Assembly: GCA_963724295.1 (NCBI GenBank)
Contig: CAVRUC010000010.1
Coordinates: forward strand, 128,001-192,000
Origin: an uncultured Chloroflexia bacterium
Lineage (GTDB): Bacteria > Chloroflexota > Chloroflexia > Thermomicrobiales > UBA6265
Direction of reading: 5' to 3'
DNA: 64,000 nt
Every line of letters begins with the position of its first letter. Position 1 is the first letter of the stretch. The translations under genes were made by a program, and so were the position numbers. Under the pieces are notes generated by a model, which made no database searches, had not been told where the DNA came from, and saw only the letters and a list, made by a program, of their open reading frames with translations. Positions 58,863-64,000 of this stretch are shown here, in pieces.

Positions 58863-60404
58863 GTGATTGACGCCGTGGATGACGAACGCGCCGGGACGCC
58901 GCCCAGCGGCGACCCGGCCCCCGAGCACGAGCCACAAGAGGTTCCGCGGGAAGATCTCGATCACCCGGCGGCGGATCCGCGCATCACCATTGCCGGCCGC
59001 TATGCGGTCGATCTGCAAGCGCCTCCGGCCAACGCCGGGATCGCGGTGACCTACGAAGGCCGCGATCTGCGGACGCGCGACCCGGTGGTCGTGAAAACGC
59101 TCCGCCTCGAATACCGCGGCGATCCCGAGATGCGGGCTCGGTTTCGTCGCGAGGCCCGCCTGTTGCAATTTCTGTCGCATCCCAATGTCATCCGCGCCCT
59201 CACCTTCAGCGAGGAGCGCAACGCGCCCTGGCTTGTCCTGGAGCGCATCCGGGGTCGCTCCCTGCGCGAAGAGATCGCGATGAGCGCGCCCTTCGCTCCG
59301 GAAGAGGTCATGCCGCTGCTGCAAGGTTTTGCCGCGGCCCTCGACCACCTGCACGCGCGCGGTCTGGCCCACCTCGACGTGCGGCCGGAGAACGTGATCG
59401 TCACACCAGATGGTGAGGTGAAGCTCATCGACTTCGGTGTCGCCCAGGCCGCGGGCGCCGTGCAGGAGCCCGCGGACGGCGGCGGGCTCGACAACGTCGC
59501 GTACCTGGCCCCGGAACAGGTCTGCGGTGAGCCAGTCAGCGCCGCGACCGATGTCTATGCTCTGGGATGCGTGGTCTACGAGCTCCTCACCGGGCGACCG
59601 CCATTTGGCTCGAGCGAGGAACCAGCGGCCAGGAACGCCGCTATTCGCGCTCGCCTCGAGCAAGTTCCTGTGCCGCCTTCGGTTGCCCGGGGCGGCAACG
59701 CCCTGCCGGCATGGGTGGACGACGTCATGCTGGGCGCGCTCGAGCGCGATCCTCAACAGCGCTACGGCAGCGCCGGATCGTTTGCGGCCGTGTTCCACGC
59801 CGGCGTCGAGGGAGAGATCGATGCCGAGACCGGACGGCCGCGAGGTCGCGTCGAACCGTCCCCAAGTCGCCAGTTTCCGAACAATGAACCGGGTATCGCC
59901 CTGAAGGGCTCACCAACCCTCGCATCCCGGCGCGGTAAACCGTCATCAGTTGCGGCGGGTGCGCACGATGAAGTCGTCGACGCGGCCTTTGCGCCCCTCT
60001 CCCCGAACGCACCGGTGACGTCCGCGTACGCCCGCCGGTCGCGTGGCCGCGACCTCGCCGCGGTCCGGCGGCGACTCTGGCAAGCGGTCATTCTGGCCGC
60101 GGTGCTGAATGTGGTCCTCGTCGGGGCGTTGCTGATCACCCGCGGCGAAATTCCCGGAATCTGGCAAGCCGGCGAGAGCATCCGTCCCGGTGCGTCGGTC
60201 CGGATCGCGGGCGCGGGTCTGGTGGCGCGCGCGGCCCCGGATACGGAGTCGGCCATCGTCGCCGACTTGCCGGACGGCGGGTCAGTGCGGATCAGCGGCG
60301 AGCCGGTTCAAGGCGACGACGGTCTCTGGTGGCCGGTTGAGGTCGACTCCGGGACTGGTGTCGTCGAGGGATTTGTTCCGGAGTCGTGGGTGCAGGCGCC
60401 ATAA
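58863..60404 (+). CDS. Membrane-anchored Hanks-type Ser/Thr protein kinase with C-terminal SH3-like domain
   Basis: VVVK, RFRREA, HPNV, HLDVRPEN, DFG, YLAPEQ, DVYALG; TM helix; LVARAAP...WWPV...GFVPESWV. Confidence 0.88.
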   Translation: MIDAVDDERAGTPPSGDPAPEHEPQEVPREDLDHPAADPRITIAGRYAVDLQAPPANAGIAVTYEGRDLRTRDPVVVKTLRLEYRGDPEMRARFRREARLLQFLSHPNVIRALTFSEERNAPWLVLERIRGRSLREEIAMSAPFAPEEVMPLLQGFAAALDHLHARGLAHLDVRPENVIVTPDGEVKLIDFGVAQAAGAVQEPADGGGLDNVAYLAPEQVCGEPVSAATDVYALGCVVYELLTGRPPFGSSEEPAARNAAIRARLEQVPVPPSVARGGNALPAWVDDVMLGALERDPQQRYGSAGSFAAVFHAGVEGEIDAETGRPRGRVEPSPSRQFPNNEPGIALKGSPTLASRRGKPSSVAAGAHDEVVDAAFAPLSPNAPVTSAYARRSRGRDLAAVRRRLWQAVILAAVLNVVLVGALLITRGEIPGIWQAGESIRPGASVRIAGAGLVARAAPDTESAIVADLPDGGSVRISGEPVQGDDGLWWPVEVDSGTGVVEGFVPESWVQAP

Positions 60405-60501
60405 CGACCTGGCGCAACGCGATGCAGACGGCGACTTCCCGACTGCCTCGGCGCGACAAGCGCTTCCGAGCACCCAGCCTGACCGCTGATATGAACCCGG
60501 T

Positions 60502-61146
60502 TTAGCCCCGGAAGCGCGGGTCGAGCCGTCCGGAGCGACCGCGGAGGCGTCCGCTGCGGGCCAGCTCGGCGATGACCACCGAGGGAACTCGCCACTCTCC
60601 TGAGACCTTGGTTCCGGAGACCTGTCCCTTGCGCAGCCAGGTCTGAACGCGGCCCGCCGGCACGCCCAGCCGCGAGGCGGCTTCGGCGACGGTCATCAGC
60701 GTCAGCCCGTGCTTGTCGCGGGAGATGAACCGCTCCGGTTCGACGTCCAGGGCTTTCGCCAGCTTGCGCACCGTCTCGGCGTACGGCCAGCACCTTCCGG
60801 TTTCCAGCCGCGAGATCGCTTCATGCGTCAGACCGCTGGCGGCAGCCAGCTGGATCTGGTTCAGCCCGGCCGCCTCGCGGATCGCCCGCAGCCGCTTCCC
60901 GGCACGCTTTCGGTTCTGCCGCCACACCGGCACGACCTCACCCTCGTGGGCGCGAGCCTGAGTCGCGGCCAGATCCTCGGCACGGATGTGGCGCCGGCCG
61001 TTGAACCGCACCGCGGGGAGCTGGCCGGTGGTGATCCAGCCACTGATGACGGTGCGCGGGAGCCCGGAGCGCTCGGCGGCCGCCGTGACCGTCAGCAGGT
61101 CTGTTGGCACCTGTTGCTGCTGCTCTTGCAGTTGTTGTTGCATCAT
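60502..61146 (-). CDS. Triple-HTH DNA-binding protein (excisionase/BldC-like HTH + XRE HTH + excisionase-like HTH)
   Basis: LLTVTAAAERSG..WITTGQLPA; LRAIREAAGLNQIQLAAASGL..AISRLETG; LMTVAEAASRLGV..WLRKG..GEWRV. Confidence 0.85.
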   Translation of the reverse strand: MMQQQLQEQQQQVPTDLLTVTAAAERSGLPRTVISGWITTGQLPAVRFNGRRHIRAEDLAATQARAHEGEVVPVWRQNRKRAGKRLRAIREAAGLNQIQLAAASGLTHEAISRLETGRCWPYAETVRKLAKALDVEPERFISRDKHGLTLMTVAEAASRLGVPAGRVQTWLRKGQVSGTKVSGEWRVPSVVIAELARSGRLRGRSGRLDPRFRG

Positions 61147-61422
61147 GGGTATATGCTACTCCGAATTAGCGATTACTGCTTGGATGATCCGCCACATGCG
61201 GTCACGTCCCAGCGAGCCAGTCGCGGCCCGCATCTTGCCTGCCGGGAGCTGGACGGCCGCGAGGCCGACGGCTTACGGCGCATTGCGACAATGCTGTCGT
61301 TCCGTTGAACTGTACGCTGGAGGACGAATCTTGGGTTCCTGGCACCCCAATCGGGACCACATCGAGATTTCTCCTGCTTCGGGACGACACCTGTTTGCAT
61401 TGTCTCACCAGGGAGCGACACG

Positions 61423-61923
61423 ATGGATGCCTACACTGTCCTGACCGAGGCCATCACGACCAAGCAGCAGGTCATTGCTCGCTACCACGAAGAGGAGCGT
61501 CTCTTCAGCCCGCACGCCCTGGGCACCAAGCGGGGTGTCGCCCATGTCCTGGTCTATCAGTACGCGGGCGGCAGCCGCACGGGGCTGCCGCCTGGCGGTG
61601 AGTGGCGCTGTCTCAACGTCGAGGAGTTGAGCGAGATTCGGTTGGAGCCCGGCGCCTGGCGCACCAGCGAGAACGTCTTCAACCCCCAGACGTGTCTCGA
61701 TGAGATCGAGGTCCTGGCCGATCCCCTGCCACCGCGGACCACGACCCGTCCGCGCCGCGACGCGGGGCCGATCTTCACTAACGGCCAGCGGTCACTATTC
61801 GGTTCATTCATTGAGGGCCGGGAGGGTCATTGCCGTCATGCGCGTCTTCATCGTTTCCGATATGGAGGGTGTAGCCGGGATCACCAAGTGGGACCAGGTC
61901 AATGGCGGCAAGTCGCTCTATGA
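61423..61923 (+). CDS. Stand-alone WYL-like domain protein (3' end uncertain)
   Basis: EAITTKQQVIARY..ERLFSPHALG...VLVYQ..GGS...EWRCLNVEELSEI; C-terminal tail overlaps the next gene and looks non-natural. Confidence 0.6.
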   Translation: MDAYTVLTEAITTKQQVIARYHEEERLFSPHALGTKRGVAHVLVYQYAGGSRTGLPPGGEWRCLNVEELSEIRLEPGAWRTSENVFNPQTCLDEIEVLADPLPPRTTTRPRRDAGPIFTNGQRSLFGSFIEGREGHCRHARLHRFRYGGCSRDHQVGPGQWRQVAL

Positions 61924-62653
61924 AGAGGGACGCGCGCTCTATACCGAGGAAATCAACTCCGCGGTGCGCGGAGCCCGCGCGGCGGGAGCCACCGAGATCG
62001 TGGTCATGGACTGCCACGGGGCCGGCGGGGACTGGTCATTCAACTCGCTGATCCCGGAGCGACTCGACCCGGGCTGCGAGTTCGTGGTCCAGCATAAATG
62101 GACGGAATACACCGACTTTCTCGAGCAGGGCTGCGACGCGGCGCTGTTCGTGGGGATGCATGCCAAGGCGGGGACCCGCGACGGCCTCCTGTCCCACACG
62201 GTCTCCAGCTCTCAGTGGACGAACCTGTCATTCAACGGCGTCTCCGTTGGCGAGACCGGCATCAACGCGGCGCTTTGCGGACAGTGGGGTTGCCCGGTCC
62301 TGCTCGTCACCGGCGACCACGCGGTCTCCCGCGAGGCGCGTGCGCTGCTCGGAGAGGGCCTGACCACGGTCGCGGTGAAGACCTCACTCGGACGCTACAG
62401 TGCCCGCCACGTGCCACCGGTTCGCGCCCGGCAGATGATCGAGGAGGGAGCCGCCGCCGCGCTCGCGGACCTCAACGCCGTCGCGCCGTACGTCCCATCG
62501 TCACCAGTCGAGATCACCGTGGAGTACGTGACCCCGGATCACCTCGAGAAATACCGCTTCCTGCCGGGCGTCGAGATCATCGACAGTCGCACCATCGTTT
62601 CGCGGGCCGCCGACTGGTGGACCGCCTGGCGCCAGTTTTACTTTGTGAGCTAG
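61838..62653 (+). CDS. dppA: M55 family D-aminopeptidase (DppA-like)
   Basis: SDMEGVAG, DCHG, VGMHA, LSHT, VGETGINA, TGD motifs. Confidence 0.92.
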   Translation: MRVFIVSDMEGVAGITKWDQVNGGKSLYEEGRALYTEEINSAVRGARAAGATEIVVMDCHGAGGDWSFNSLIPERLDPGCEFVVQHKWTEYTDFLEQGCDAALFVGMHAKAGTRDGLLSHTVSSSQWTNLSFNGVSVGETGINAALCGQWGCPVLLVTGDHAVSREARALLGEGLTTVAVKTSLGRYSARHVPPVRARQMIEEGAAAALADLNAVAPYVPSSPVEITVEYVTPDHLEKYRFLPGVEIIDSRTIVSRAADWWTAWRQFYFVS

Positions 62654-62695
62654 CGCGACTGGTTCGCACCGAGTGCGGTTTCACCCACGCCGGCG

Positions 62696-63955
62696 TTAGA
62701 CGGGCGCTTCCTCCCCGTCGGAGAGGCCGTTCCCGTTCGTGTCCCAGACGAGGGGATCGGTGCTGGTGGCGTAGAGCTCATCACCGTCTACGAGGCCATC
62801 GCCGTCAGAGTCCGGGGTGAACGGATCGGTGAAGGACATATTGACCTCATCGCCATCGGCGATTCCATCGCCATCGGTGTCCGCATTGTTGGGGTCGAGC
62901 CCGACTTGCAGCTCAGCCGCATCGTCATAGTTGTCGGCATCGACGTCGGTTTCACTCGCCACCGCCGTATCGGCGGCCGCGGTATCGGTAGCCACGGCTC
63001 GGCGCCACGGCTCGGCGGCCACCGGCTCGACGCCTGCCTCGGCGACGGGTGCACTCCCCGGCGCCGGCGCCGGTACGACCGACACACCAGTTGTCTCACC
63101 GGAGACGCTCACGACTGGGGGCGAGTTCTCGGTGACGCTGTACTTGCCGTCGGGCCCCAGGAGTGTGGTGCCGGAAACCGGGACCCCGTCGCGGGTCACA
63201 TTGCCCGGCGCTGCCGAGGCATCACCGGTCGGCCCCAGGGCCGCCGCATCACCGTTGGACGCGGTGAGATTTTCGGTCGTCTCCTGGCCCAGCGGCACAA
63301 CCTCGCTCTGCTGCTCGAGGGTCTGTGTCGGTGCGGAGGTCGCCTCCTGGGCCATGGATTGGGTACTCGCGTCGGTGCTGGGGTCATTCCAGACCAGGGG
63401 ATCGGTCAAGCTCCCGAAGAGCTCCTCGCCGTCGAGGACTCCATCGCCGTCCGTGTCGGCCACCGTCGCCTCGGTGCCGTAGATGGTGATCTCATCGCCG
63501 TCCGCCACCCCGTCGGCATCGGTGTCCGGATTGTTGGGGTCCAGCCCCAGATCCCACTCCAGGGCATCGGCGTAGTTGTCGGCGTCGAGGTCGCTCTCAG
63601 TCGGGACCGCGGTGTCGGTCGCTACGGGCTCCGTGGTCTCGGCTGCCACGGGCGGCGCCGGTTCGCTGACCGGCTCGACGACCGGCTCGGGCGCCACTAC
63701 CGGCGCCGGCTCCGATGCCACCGAGGGTGGCCCGATCACGGTCATCCCCGCTCCGGGTGAGATATCGCCGCAGGTGATCGTCCAATCGCCGGCGTTGGCG
63801 CCGGTGGTCGTAACGGACGGCGACGTGACGCAATTGCCGGCGACATTCCCGCTGACGGTCGGCGCGCCCGGCATCTGAGCCAGCGCTCCGCCATGCACCC
63901 CAGCCAGACCCATCCCCAGGCTGACGGCGGCAACGATGAGCCTCTTCAAGTTCAT
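62696..63955 (-). CDS. Secreted acidic protein with two clusters of bacterial TSP3-like Ca-binding repeats
   Basis: Signal peptide; repeated DP...DTDGDG..DGDE motifs. Confidence 0.85.
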   Translation of the reverse strand: MNLKRLIVAAVSLGMGLAGVHGGALAQMPGAPTVSGNVAGNCVTSPSVTTTGANAGDWTITCGDISPGAGMTVIGPPSVASEPAPVVAPEPVVEPVSEPAPPVAAETTEPVATDTAVPTESDLDADNYADALEWDLGLDPNNPDTDADGVADGDEITIYGTEATVADTDGDGVLDGEELFGSLTDPLVWNDPSTDASTQSMAQEATSAPTQTLEQQSEVVPLGQETTENLTASNGDAAALGPTGDASAAPGNVTRDGVPVSGTTLLGPDGKYSVTENSPPVVSVSGETTGVSVVPAPAPGSAPVAEAGVEPVAAEPWRRAVATDTAAADTAVASETDVDADNYDDAAELQVGLDPNNADTDGDGIADGDEVNMSFTDPFTPDSDGDGLVDGDELYATSTDPLVWDTNGNGLSDGEEAPV

Positions 63956-64000
63956 GCCAGATCCCCCCGCGCGGAGCATGCTCGTCGATCGTGATCTCGA

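Noticed and set aside
61279..61330. Second LexA box (GTTCCGTTGAAC) upstream of the WYL-like gene
   Set aside because: Half-sites are in the inverse order (GTTC-N4-GAAC) and do not match the GAAC-N4-GTTC consensus.
60502..61923. Prophage or integrative element
   Set aside because: No integrase, att-like repeats, tRNA target or phage structural genes; flanking genes are ordinary chromosomal genes.

Overview
GC-rich bacterial chromosomal window, most likely Chloroflexota/Thermomicrobiales. This is an inference from gene content, a Tat-type family-5 solute-binding protein with an AQDATP motif, and an AGAAC-N4-GTTCT LexA box. It contains about 50 CDSs and no recognisable rRNA, tRNA, CRISPR array or transposase. 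The left part holds housekeeping and accessory genes: 7Fe ferredoxin, pyrF, proline dehydrogenase, an orphan parA coupled to guaB, and a TetR/SDR/LLM module. The middle holds an ion-transport cluster (a pentameric ligand-gated ion channel homologue with extra N-terminal TM helices, a CPA2/RCK antiporter, and a KimA-like APC transporter), adenine deaminase, a P450, an Opp-type importer with GH172 and a sugar lactonase, and a ~7.6 kb frameshifted surface-protein gene. The right part holds a stripped-down dcw cluster: mraZ-rsmH-murF-mraY-murD-murC::murB-ddl-ftsZ-nrdR, with no ftsL/ftsI/murE/ftsW/murG/ftsQ/ftsA. Its promoter carries 10-bp-phased MraZ boxes overlapping a perfect DnaA box. Divergent from it is a small unknown gene with a LexA box, then a membrane Ser/Thr kinase, then a divergent triple-HTH regulator / WYL-like gene pair. 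Intergenic DNA carries several dispersed 7/8-mer tandem arrays and REP-like elements, some of which extend essential cell-wall proteins. Frameshifts clustered in ade, the P450 and the giant surface gene look like assembly indel errors. All functional calls come from reading motifs by eye; no database searches were run.
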